Assembly: GCA_963927785.1 (NCBI GenBank)
Contig: CAWVBZ010000001.1
Coordinates: 67,783 to 131,782 of the forward strand
DNA length: 64,000 bases
Direction: 5' to 3'
Source of the DNA: Candidatus Saccharimonadota bacterium
Lineage (GTDB): Bacteria > Patescibacteriota > Saccharimonadia > Saccharimonadales > Saccharimonadaceae
In this document: positions 1 to 8,647 of the stretch, piece after piece
How positions within the stretch are numbered: the stretch's first letter is position 1
Layout: each line of letters starts with the position of its first letter
Program-made: the position numbers and the translations under genes
Notes under the pieces: generated by a model
Database searches by the model: none
What the model was told of the DNA's origin: nothing
What the model saw: only the letters and a program-made list of their open reading frames with translations

Positions 1-2
1 AC

Positions 3-482
3 GACAATAAATTGTTTCGCGCTAAAAATTACATTCGCGCGATTGCAACAACGGATTTAAAACAAATAATCAAGCAGCAAAGAATAGAAAACCCGATTAT
101 CGTCTGCGTGCCAAGGTCTAAAGCTGTTTTCTCTGATAAGCAATTATTGTTCCGCAAAGCAATATCGGAAGCTGCCGATAACAATAACACAGTAGCTACA
201 AACGGTGCGGAATACATAAGACGCGTCAGAAACACAAAAACGACACATCTAGCAAATACTAAAAAAGGTGACATGAGCGGGGATGGAGATATGCCATATC
301 CAGGCATCACTAATGATACGTGTCGTCTAATTGGTTCGGTTAGCGGCCGCAATGTAATTTTAGTAGATGATATTTATACGAAAACCGTCAATATTGACGA
401 GGATTGTTGCCAGTTCCTATTAGATAATGGCGCTAAATCTGTTACCCTATATACTATTTGTAAAACAATGATTGGATCGTGA
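3..482 (+). CDS. Phosphoribosyltransferase (PRTase)-domain protein, 5'-truncated by window edge (ShosT/ComF-like C-terminal domain)
   Basis: PRPP-binding-loop-like VILVDDIYT and typical C-terminal LLDNGAKSVTLYTICKT; frame is open to the window start; stop overlaps the start of the next gene. Confidence 0.75.
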   Translation, partial: DNKLFRAKNYIRAIATTDLKQIIKQQRIENPIIVCVPRSKAVFSDKQLLFRKAISEAADNNNTVATNGAEYIRRVRNTKTTHLANTKKGDMSGDGDMPYPGITNDTCRLIGSVSGRNVILVDDIYTKTVNIDEDCCQFLLDNGAKSVTLYTICKTMIGS

Positions 483-1402
483 TGAAATATACAACAGAAT
501 CACTGAATAAATTCGCTAAACTGACTGGCAAGGATGTAGAGCTCTGGGAGAATACCTTTGCTAATTTAGACGACGAATATGGGCTCGTTTCTTACAACGA
601 CGTAGATTACCCTTTCATAATCGACAAGATGGGCGCTCCTATAGAGCCTGGATATACGACCAAGCGTGACGAACATAAAACAAAAGTACCAAACAAAAAA
701 GGCGCACCCCATTATCTACTCTATCGTGGAGATATCTCCTTATTGAATAGAGAAAATTTCAAGAAAAACGTTGCAGTGATCGGATTATTGAACCCAACTG
801 CGGATATAGCTGAACGAGAAAAAACGTTTGTGGTAGAAATTGTTAAAAGAGGCGGAAATATTGTTAGCGGCCTAGCGTTAGGCTGTGATTCGATAGCTCA
901 TAAAACATGCTTGGAGAATAATGGTAAAACAATCGCCGTCCTGCCTTCTAGATTAGCCAATATACTACCAAAAGAAAATATCGATCTGGCAAATGAAATA
1001 GTCGCAAAAGGCGGACTATTAGTAACGGAATACTACAACGAACCGGTTGAAAGATTTGAATCGTCTGCACGTTACATAGAACGAGATAGGCTTCAAGCAT
1101 ATTTTAGCAATTCTATAGTATTAACAGCTAGTTATAGGCATCCAGACAAATACTCCAAGCAATATCCGCAAGACGGTATAAAGAGAGATAGTGGTTCAAG
1201 ACATGCTATGAAAGTTGCAGGAGATATTGGCCGGAAGCGTTATGTACTATTCAATAAGTCTACTGATTCCCTGAATGAAATGTTCGATCTAAACAAAGAT
1301 CTATTGTCAGATAAAAAGAATCCTGCAAAAATACTGACAAGCTCTGAACTTGATAACTTAATGGATGGCGAATTGCCTGGCGCCCTTCCGATTTTTGGGT
1401 AA
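479..1402 (+). CDS. DprA/Smf-like (SLOG) protein
   Basis: Motifs LLYRGDISLL, VAVIG, IVSGLALGCDSIAH, TIAVLP, GGLLVTEY, YIERDRLQA, SGSRHA. Confidence 0.85.
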   Translation: MMKYTTESLNKFAKLTGKDVELWENTFANLDDEYGLVSYNDVDYPFIIDKMGAPIEPGYTTKRDEHKTKVPNKKGAPHYLLYRGDISLLNRENFKKNVAVIGLLNPTADIAEREKTFVVEIVKRGGNIVSGLALGCDSIAHKTCLENNGKTIAVLPSRLANILPKENIDLANEIVAKGGLLVTEYYNEPVERFESSARYIERDRLQAYFSNSIVLTASYRHPDKYSKQYPQDGIKRDSGSRHAMKVAGDIGRKRYVLFNKSTDSLNEMFDLNKDLLSDKKNPAKILTSSELDNLMDGELPGALPIFG

Positions 1403-1404
1403 AA

Positions 1405-1977
1405 ATGGCCAAGAGGCTAGTTATTTGCGACTTAGATAATACTCTCTTTTTTACAGATTATTTAAACTCTAAATCATATATTGAAGCCGCTAGGCAACTA
1501 CAAATAGATTTACCTCAAGCTATCTATAAGGAAACCAGAATAACTAGCGGTACAATCAAACAATATTGTCCGAACATAGACAGGAAAGCCCTTGAGCGCC
1601 TAAAGCAAATAAAATTAGAGTACTTCCAAGAAAACCTGAAAGATATAATAATCAATAGAAGTCTTCTTAAGGCAATAAGCGAATACGATTATTTATGCCT
1701 ATGGACATCTTCCGTAAAAGAAAGAGCCGTTATAGAATGTCGTTATTTCAATATTAATTATAGTGAGCTGTTGTCGTTTGATAAGAATTTAGCCACTATT
1801 AAAGAAATAGAAAAAATAATTTCTGAATGGTCAAAAAAATACAATGTCCAGGATAAGAAAGACGTTTTAATCGTAGATGATGAGGCTGATTACCTTGATA
1901 AAATAAAAGTTTTAGGATATCAGACATTGCCGTATCAGTTCATCAACCTATGCAACATTCAAGATAGCATTCTCTAG
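1405..1977 (+). CDS. HAD-superfamily hydrolase
   Basis: Motif I LVICDLDNT, motif II LWTS, motif IV LIVDDE; 2 nt after the DprA-like stop. Confidence 0.75.
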   Translation: MAKRLVICDLDNTLFFTDYLNSKSYIEAARQLQIDLPQAIYKETRITSGTIKQYCPNIDRKALERLKQIKLEYFQENLKDIIINRSLLKAISEYDYLCLWTSSVKERAVIECRYFNINYSELLSFDKNLATIKEIEKIISEWSKKYNVQDKKDVLIVDDEADYLDKIKVLGYQTLPYQFINLCNIQDSIL

Positions 1978-2161
1978 GTGTCTTATACTCTATGGATGAG
2001 TGTAGCCTATGGCTATTGTAAAGGTCAATATACCTAGCTATCTTCCTGTTAAGTGTCTCTACAGTATCCTTTAGGTTTCAGTATCTACCTAGGCATTCAT
2101 CCTGGATTGTCCTATTAAACCTTTCAATATGGGCATTGTCGTTAGGTCGATGTGATCTAGT

Positions 2162-2188
2162 GTGGCGGGCGATGCGTCCGCCACTTTT
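2162..2188 (+). terminator. Intrinsic terminator after the PRTase-DprA-HAD operon
   Basis: GTGGCGG...CCGCCAC stem followed by TTTT. Confidence 0.6.
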
Positions 2189-2253
2189 AACTCTATCTTC
2201 AAACCATTTATCAAACTCTGGTCCATTGTCTGTCTGCACTACACTAAGCTTAA

Positions 2254-2480
2254 AACCAAAGGACTGCTCAGCCTCAATCTGACGAGTCTGGCTTTGATAT
2301 GGCCTCGTATCGCCGAGGCACCACCCTTAATTCATTCAAGAGCGAGGAGTTGACTCAATCGGAACGCAAACAGTTGAAGCGTTTGCGGACTTTGCGTCGC
2401 CGTATGGCGGGGCTGTATTGGCGGTAATCATTATTCTGGTGGTATCGGGTCTGTCGCTATTGAGCCAGTTCACCGGCAAG
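2254..2480 (+). pseudogene. Diverged, frameshifted 5' fragment of an ftsQ-like gene (homologous to about 3435-3658)
   Basis: Translates as NQRTAQPQSDESGFDMASYRRGTTLNSFKSEELTQSERKQLKRLRTLRRRMA, then after a 2-nt insertion AVLAVIIILVVSGLSLLSQFTGK, matching the N-terminus of 3410..4306. Confidence 0.85.
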
Positions 2481-2570
2481 CGAAAAATATCGTTCTAATT
2501 AATTAACTAAATAAACACCTCCAGTCAGAAGTGTAGGCATGCGCTGTCACCAATGACTGGAGTTTTAATA

Positions 2571-2599
2571 TTGACAAATATGGGGCGTTATGTTACGAT
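2571..2599 (+). promoter_or_regulatory. Sigma70 promoter for 2664..3272
   Basis: TTGACA-N17-TACGAT with extended TGn; preceded by a CTCCAGTCA/TGACTGGAG-TTTT hairpin (2519-2566). Confidence 0.7.
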
Positions 2600-2663
2600 G
2601 TTAATGCCCATTTTATTGTGTCTGGCTATGGGCCCAGATAGTTCCTGAAAGGAAGTAGGTAAC

Positions 2664-3272
2664 ATGAAGGTTAATTTCTCGCTGGAAATGAAGCCGAAGG
2701 AGTTCACCGAGCTTATCGAAATCATGGGTATGCCCCCGGTTGTCGGCCAGCTCGACACGCCGAGTATGCTCGATGCATTCATGGATCAGGTCGCCGGGGC
2801 GAACGCCGAAGAGTCGAACCCCTGTGCTATTGCTGATGATGCTCAGAGTGCCACGGACAAAGCGTCCATGGAGCAGGCCGCCGGGGAGAACGACGAAGAG
2901 TCGAGCCCCTGTGCTATTGCTGATGATGCTCAGGGTGCCATGGACAAAGCGTCGGGCGACGCTGAGTCCGCCGAGGAGACGGCCATAAACAACAGGGGCA
3001 AGAAGATTCTTGCTGAGGATTCCGAGGCTGCGACAGCCAGCGGTTGCGATTGCGATCGTGACGCTGCTGATCAGGATGAAGATCCGACTGATGATGGGCC
3101 GGCCCACGATGGACTGTGCATGTCCACTGTCAAGATCTACTATCCCGACACCGGCAAGGATGTCACCATTCACAAGACGTTCGATCCTGTTACGGGTGAA
3201 CTTATCAGCCGTCGGACCGATACGCGGTTCCCGGATGGTAAGACGATCATGAAAGAGAAAGTCTACGCTTAG
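2664..3272 (+). CDS. Acidic low-complexity hypothetical protein with internal duplication
   Basis: 202-aa ORF, SD GAAGGAAG, own promoter, GC-rich. Confidence 0.7.
   Translation: MKVNFSLEMKPKEFTELIEIMGMPPVVGQLDTPSMLDAFMDQVAGANAEESNPCAIADDAQSATDKASMEQAAGENDEESSPCAIADDAQGAMDKASGDAESAEETAINNRGKKILAEDSEAATASGCDCDRDAADQDEDPTDDGPAHDGLCMSTVKIYYPDTGKDVTIHKTFDPVTGELISRRTDTRFPDGKTIMKEKVYA
2781..2954 (+). repeat. Two 87-bp (29-aa) tandem units
   Basis: MDQVAGANAEESNPCAIADDAQSATDKAS / MEQAAGENDEESSPCAIADDAQGAMDKAS. Confidence 0.9.
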
Positions 3273-3409
3273 TCGCTCCGGCGACCGCATGGCCTTCATG
3301 GGCCACTTCTCTAAGCCGCGCATGCTCTGCGACCTCGCGTCGTTTGGGCTTGCGCGGCCTTTTTCTTTGGCAAAATGTTATAATATCCTAAAACCGTTAA
3401 CGCTTATTT

Positions 3410-4306
3410 ATGTTTGGTCGGAATAAAGAGCAGAATCAGCGACATCACACGCAGCCGGAGCATGCTGGTGATTTTGATATGGCCTCGTATCGCCGAGGTA
3501 CGACGCTCAATTCATTCAAGAGCAATGACCTGACGCAGACAGAGCGACGCAAATTAAAGCGTCTACGGTCGCTTAGACGACGGATTGCGGCAATACTGGC
3601 CGTTATTATTGTGCTACTGATTTTGGGGCTGTCCCTACTGAGTCAATTTACCGGTCAGCTGACTGGTGCAGTGGCTAGTAATGATGGCGTGGAGCTGAGC
3701 GAGAGTGATGAGCGACGTTATGTTGATATTGTTAACAACTATTTCAAGGATAATTCGGTTGAACGCTTTTCGTTTGCTAGGCGCAACAGTGCGCTATTGC
3801 AATATGTGACGGCCCAGGCGCCCGAGGTGTCGGATGTCAGTTTAAGGTCTTCGGGGATATCTAGTAGTGAAGTGGAGGTGACTGTGCGTCAGCCCGTGGC
3901 GATGTGGATTAACGGTGATAAAACTAGCTACGTGGATAATCAAGGGATAGTTTTTGAGCGAAATTATTATGCTGTACCGGAAATTGCTATTGAGGATGAT
4001 AGCGGCGTTAGTTTGGATGGTAACATGGCCACCTCATCTAGCTTTTTAAGTTTTGTTGGGCGAGTGTCAACTGCCTTGCAGGACAAGGAGGGGCTAAAGG
4101 TGGTGCGAGTTGTTATCCCGCGGGGCAGTGCTAGATATGTAGAGATTTACTTAGATGGGCGCAATTATCCATTTAAGGCTCAGATAACTCGTGATTCGGG
4201 CTCGCAGGCACACGATATTGCTGTTATGGCACGATATGTTGATAGCCACGGCATCCAGCCACAGTACATTGACTGTCGGGTCGAGGGCAAGGCGTATTGG
4301 AAATAG
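3410..4306 (+). CDS. ftsQ: FtsQ/DivIB-like cell division protein
   Basis: Basic cytoplasmic N-terminus, single TM helix, POTRA-like segment ending VTVRQPVAMW, C-terminal YIDCR similar to FtsQ YIDLR. Confidence 0.6.
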   Translation: MFGRNKEQNQRHHTQPEHAGDFDMASYRRGTTLNSFKSNDLTQTERRKLKRLRSLRRRIAAILAVIIVLLILGLSLLSQFTGQLTGAVASNDGVELSESDERRYVDIVNNYFKDNSVERFSFARRNSALLQYVTAQAPEVSDVSLRSSGISSSEVEVTVRQPVAMWINGDKTSYVDNQGIVFERNYYAVPEIAIEDDSGVSLDGNMATSSSFLSFVGRVSTALQDKEGLKVVRVVIPRGSARYVEIYLDGRNYPFKAQITRDSGSQAHDIAVMARYVDSHGIQPQYIDCRVEGKAYWK

Positions 4307-4310
4307 TTGA

Positions 4311-4339
4311 TTGACTTGTACTAGTTATTATTATATAAC
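4311..4339 (+). promoter_or_regulatory. Sigma70 promoter of a short transcript (about 4346-4659)
   Basis: TTGACT-N17-TATAAC. Confidence 0.6.
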
Positions 4340-4480
4340 AATAAACGTATGCTTATTGGGTTGATTCAAAAGCCTAAATAAGCATACATCTACCGATTAA
4401 ATTTACAAATTATAATTTAAAATAATTAACCATTCATTCACGCCATTTGGTGTGCGCACTTGAAAAGAAGGTGAGCTTAA

Positions 4481-4597
4481 TTGCTCGATAAAATAAAGTT
4501 AATCGCTACTACCGCTACTGCGAACGGCGATTCTGATTTTGTAGGCAAGCATCGTGATAAGCCCATCAAACGAGGTGCAGTCATTGATTTAGATTGA
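4481..4597 (+). CDS. Candidate 38-aa small protein MLDKIKLIATTATANGDSDFVGKHRDKPIKRGAVIDLD (not in ORF track)
   Basis: SD AAGAAGGTGA 6 nt before TTG; lies between a canonical promoter and a terminator. Confidence 0.4.
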   Translation: MLDKIKLIATTATANGDSDFVGKHRDKPIKRGAVIDLD

Positions 4598-4617
4598 TGA
4601 CTGTGCCGACACCTATA

Positions 4618-4659
4618 GCCTCACTGGCTCGGCGTTGCTGCTGAGCTGGTGGGGCTTTT
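4618..4659 (+). terminator. Intrinsic terminator
   Basis: GCCTCACTGGCTCGGC...GCTGAGCTGGTGGGGC long stem with GU pairs, followed by TTTT. Confidence 0.65.
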
Positions 4660-4662
4660 AAA

Positions 4663-4691
4663 TTGACTATCAGCTAAAATAGTGTTATTGT
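4663..4691 (+). promoter_or_regulatory. Sigma70 promoter for 4765..6285
   Basis: TTGACT-N17-TATTGT with extended TGn. Confidence 0.65.
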
Positions 4692-4764
4692 AAGCAAGAT
4701 GTTACCTGGCGATGGTGGGGCGCCAGTCTATATAGTACATTAAAAAATCCTAGAGAAGGGAAAC

Positions 4765-6285
4765 ATGGTGAGCAATTACCGTAAGCTATTGGTGAAAATG
4801 CTCCAGGGCGATGACGCCGAGTGGGCATTGGGCCAGATGAGCAACATGGCGATCTGGGACAATCTAGACACTATTCAGTCAAGCCATGCCAGCCTGTCGT
4901 CGGATAGGCTGCAGGCAATCATGGACAGCTTGCCACTGGGCAAGGTGAAGGCGAGCGACATTGCCGCAAAGCTTGACTTGCTGAAGGCAGCTGGTGTTGA
5001 CGATGACGCTATTGTGGCTATCTGCGCAAAGCGTAACCTTGACCTTGCGACAGCTGACCAGCTGCTGCGTAGGGAGGTGGCCGACAAGCCGACGCTATTG
5101 AAGCTGCTGTGTAGTGGCAGCTTCAACCCGAGTATTGACGGCCAAGCCATGCTTGACGAGTGGGGCGTAGGTATCAACGATCTTCTGCTGGCACAGGAGA
5201 GCCTTGTTGACACTCAGGCTATGTTCGACTGGTATGAGTCTCGCGATGCCGATATGGCATTGCTGCTTGACAAGTCGACGCCAGAGTTGCGGCGGGTTGC
5301 TAAGGCCAGGGAGGATAACGATGACACCACGGAGTCGTCTGATGATGAAAGCCAGTCCGTGCGCTGCCAGCTGGGTCCGCGTGAGCGTAAGCTCAAGGCT
5401 CTGAAGGCAACCAAGCAGGCTATCGACCATGGCAGTCTCGAGCTTGCTCGGATCTGTTGTGGCGATCTGGTTGATAGGTATGGCTTTAGCGGCACACACA
5501 TTACCCAGATCGTGCAGACGATCGACAGTGATATCAGTCTCGATACGGCTCAATACTTGATTGAGCACTGTGGGGCTGACCCAAGCGTAGTGGCAGAGCA
5601 CATGTCGCCTCGCGACGTGATGCGCTCCTATGCTTGGCTGAGGCGTAATGGTGTCAACATTGATGCTGCCGCCGCCTACGACCGCCTCGACCTTGTCGGC
5701 AAGGTTGAGTGTGCTGGTTGGGCGTATGCCAACGGCGTCAAGATTGACATTAACGGCGACCTACAAGAGCTGTGCGATCATCGTCCGACCTTCGAAATGA
5801 AGGGGGATGATGGTAAGGAAGTGCTTGTTCCTTACTGCGTCCGTCGCCCGGATATCTTGCTGCGCCTACCCTGCATCGACCGTCGCATCATGCTCGGTGT
5901 GCTGAGTGAGGACGATATCCTCACTTACAGCCACGAGCTGATGTGCTGCTGTCGTAAGCGCCGCGGCCAGGGCAGTGGTGCCTATGCCAGCTACGCTGAC
6001 ATCGTCAACGCTCTGTCGAGCTCGTTTATCGCCGAGCATCTCGTCGATATCATCGAACTTGCTTGCAATAAGGGCGACATGGCGCTGGTCATGGCCAAAC
6101 TGACTGATGCTCAGCTAAACAAGTCGATATCATATCTGCTCCGAGCCAATGCGCCCGTTGAGCGAGTGGCAAGCCGTATCTGGCCAAAGACGGCTATCCG
6201 CAAGTATGTCAATCTCAAACGTGCTGGCTTCAGCGACAAAGGCCTCTGGCAGATGATGAACGGACAACCGGTCAAGTCTGCTTAA
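4765..6285 (+). CDS. Hypothetical alpha-helical repeat protein (506 aa)
   Basis: Long ORF with SD and promoter; recurring LxxxG(A/V)xx(D) helical units; no catalytic motif recognised. Confidence 0.75.
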   Translation: MVSNYRKLLVKMLQGDDAEWALGQMSNMAIWDNLDTIQSSHASLSSDRLQAIMDSLPLGKVKASDIAAKLDLLKAAGVDDDAIVAICAKRNLDLATADQLLRREVADKPTLLKLLCSGSFNPSIDGQAMLDEWGVGINDLLLAQESLVDTQAMFDWYESRDADMALLLDKSTPELRRVAKAREDNDDTTESSDDESQSVRCQLGPRERKLKALKATKQAIDHGSLELARICCGDLVDRYGFSGTHITQIVQTIDSDISLDTAQYLIEHCGADPSVVAEHMSPRDVMRSYAWLRRNGVNIDAAAAYDRLDLVGKVECAGWAYANGVKIDINGDLQELCDHRPTFEMKGDDGKEVLVPYCVRRPDILLRLPCIDRRIMLGVLSEDDILTYSHELMCCCRKRRGQGSGAYASYADIVNALSSSFIAEHLVDIIELACNKGDMALVMAKLTDAQLNKSISYLLRANAPVERVASRIWPKTAIRKYVNLKRAGFSDKGLWQMMNGQPVKSA

Positions 6286-6378
6286 ACATAGCTTTACTTT
6301 AACCCACCACTCAACTAACGAGGTCGCAGGGTGCCACTACGGGCCCTGCGACCATGCTGGTTCCTTCTCTGGGTAAAT

Positions 6379-6436
6379 CTCTACTTCTATAACTGTGCGG
6401 TTATACTGATGAGCTCCAAAAGGACGAAAAGTAGAG
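6379..6436 (+). ncRNA. Type III hammerhead ribozyme
   Basis: Stem III CTCTACT/AGTAGAG; UUC cleavage triplet (cut after C6387); stem I TATAAC-(TGTGCG)-GTTATA; core CTGATGA; stem II G(C)TCC-AAAA-GGAC; core GAAA. Confidence 0.85.
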
Positions 6437-6441
6437 CAATA

Positions 6442-6464
6442 CCCGCAGGTGCGGGCTACTTTTT
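6442..6464 (+). terminator. Terminator immediately after the ribozyme
   Basis: CCCGC-AGGT-GCGGG followed by CTACTTTTT. Confidence 0.55.
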
Positions 6465-7872
6465 ATATGCGCAACAAAGAGGGGGAGAGGGATAGGAGGG
6501 CGTATTATAAAATAATAATATTACAATATTGTCAAATAGATTTGTCAAACATGAATGAGGCGGGTGAGTATATTTCACAATAAAATAATATTTTGTCAAA
6601 TATGTCAAATAAAATTGTGGAAAACTGCTTGACAAGATTTTTGCTGACGTCATGGCGTCACTGTCGATTTGATGATCGTTGAGAGTGATGACTATGATGT
6701 CTAGCAGCAGCTCATTGGACCTGCTAAAAGCTGAATTTTTGTAAAATTTCGGCTTTGCCGGTGGAGTCTCAAAAATAATTAAATATTAATTTAGGTGGCC
6801 GATTGTTAAACGGAGCTTGCCCCGTCCGACGGCAATTATTTTTCAAATTATTTTGGCACTCAAATAGGCTGAATGACAGAACGTCCAGAATCGGCAGTTT
6901 TTGGTGGGCTTCATCTGTAAAATAGTCTGTAGCGTCGTAAAAGGTATATTGTGCGACGTCAAGAATTTGACGGAGCCACACCATTCTTTATTACTCTCTA
7001 ACTGCTTAAAATCCAACTGATTTTTGTTGAGCGGTTTTTATTTAAATGTTGAAAAATTCTGGCTTACTCATACCCCCGCCATCGGCGATGTTTGGCGGTC
7101 ATGATTGATATTTGAATGGCGTTCGGTCGTTAATACGCTGGATGTCCCTTGATGGCCCCTCCACCGCTCTGACATCAGATATATAAAATTGTGCGACATT
7201 AAATAATTATTAAAAAGATGAGTATTTATACGTCTAGAAATAGTGCACTTCTGGCTAATATGTTGCTATATTGGCCGTCAGGCTAATTTTTAAAGATGCT
7301 AGCATTTGTCTGGCTGGTTCGTGGCCAGCTCGAACATGCTGAGTCAGCTAGAACTAGTTTGTGTACGACGCTTAAGCGTTTCCAGGCGTGACGATTGTCG
7401 ATCAAATAGCTGGTGACTATCAATATTTAGCGTCTAAATAAAACTGCCAGAATAAATGTAATTGGATATACAAAGTAATTAAATGATCGCTGACGCGGTG
7501 ACTGAAGCGTAGCAGAGTTGTGGCTGCGGTAACGCAATTTTTGACGTAGACCGGATGCGACGATAGGTCCACTCTTTTGACGTCGCAAAATATTAAGCTG
7601 CATTATAGTTGTGAGCTAGCTGGCTTGCTTTTGACGATATTGTTCGACGGCTGTCGGCGACTCTTCCTGCTCTATTCAAATTAAAACACCCACCAACATG
7701 CTTGATGTCGGCGGGTGTAACTATGTGCGGGCTGCTGTCTTCCTTCTCTACTTTCTGGCCTTGCCAATGATTGACAATGCGCGAATAAACACATTCAGTA
7801 GGTCAAGGAATATGCCACGGGCGTTGCTAATGGCGCTTAGCGCCGTCGGTTTGACTACTATTTTGCTTATGC

Positions 7873-7901
7873 TTGACGGCATGACGTTAATACTCTATTA
7901 T
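7873..7901 (+). promoter_or_regulatory. Sigma70 promoter for 7953..8387
   Basis: TTGACG-N17-TATTAT followed by a 5' hairpin ATCACAATGGCA/TGCTATTGTGAT. Confidence 0.6.
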
Positions 7902-7952
7902 GAGGGCGATCACAATGGCATGGTGCTATTGTGATAGGACATTTTACAGGAG

Positions 7953-8387
7953 GTGAAAGGAATGTCAAGTGTCCGCAAATTAACGGCTGACGAGCTTGGC
8001 TCATATGCTGAAAGGCTAGCCGAAACGTTTGGCGGTGCCCGCTACAAGGTGGCGGTTGCAATATGGCCGGTCTCTGGTCCCGTGGAATTGGCCGTGGCTT
8101 ATGTTATCGACTTGCATGATTCCAGTTCCCTACGCATCGCACAGGATGGCAGGAAGTATCTTGCACCTATCTACAGGTTCGAGCTATTTGAGCGATCCGA
8201 AGATGGCTCGCCAGTGCCTAGCGAGGCTCAAGCGAAAGCGCATATCTTTCTGGACGGTCACGATCCGGATTGGTCGACCTGTCAGGGCGGCAATAAGAGG
8301 TATGTTTGCGTGGATAGTTGTGTACCATTGCCGGCGAATTTGTCCAAAGAGGAGATTAGGGGTTTTCTCTACCCAATTCTTCTCTAG
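7953..8387 (+). CDS. Hypothetical protein (144 aa)
   Basis: Strong SD AGGAGGTG and own promoter; terminator-like hairpin AGCCCGTCG/CGACGGGCT at 8595-8616. Confidence 0.7.
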   Translation: MKGMSSVRKLTADELGSYAERLAETFGGARYKVAVAIWPVSGPVELAVAYVIDLHDSSSLRIAQDGRKYLAPIYRFELFERSEDGSPVPSEAQAKAHIFLDGHDPDWSTCQGGNKRYVCVDSCVPLPANLSKEEIRGFLYPILL

Positions 8388-8647
8388 GAGCTCTTGCTCC
8401 ACAGCTAACGTGCGGAGGAGTCGCGACTTCCTTTCAGGTAGGTGCGATCTGTTTCTGGTAAACGGCTCCTCCGTCCACCTCCATACTGGGCGGGGCGTCT
8501 AACCACCTTGACGCCTCGCCACCATACCGGAGTGGACGTCCATAACCCATCGGTTGCTATGCAACTGGGGCGCCCACTCCGACCAACATTCCCCAGCCCG
8601 TCGCAAACGACGGGCTCTTTCAAATATTGGGATACTTGTCGTTCTAA

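Noticed and set aside
1978-2160. Retron-type or other ncRNA after the PRTase operon
   Set aside because: No reverse transcriptase in the window and no convincing inverted repeats
2613-3323. 236-aa minus-strand ORF and other antisense or alternate-frame ORFs over GC-rich genes (for example 29271..29648, 30485..31036, 38305..38790, 39864..40304, 41649..42302)
   Set aside because: Shadows of better-supported genes that have SD, promoter or family motifs
6500-6640. Replication origin
   Set aside because: Only one imperfect DnaA-box-like TGTGGAAAA and no dnaA/dnaN nearby; cannot be supported
7698-7934. 78-aa hydrophobic ORF
   Set aside because: No SD, and it spans the promoter and 5' hairpin of 7953..8387; probably spurious
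8184-8623. Short minus-strand ORFs 8184..8402 and 8405..8623
   Set aside because: One is antisense to 7953..8387 with its SD too distant, the other is low-complexity with no SD; at most relics
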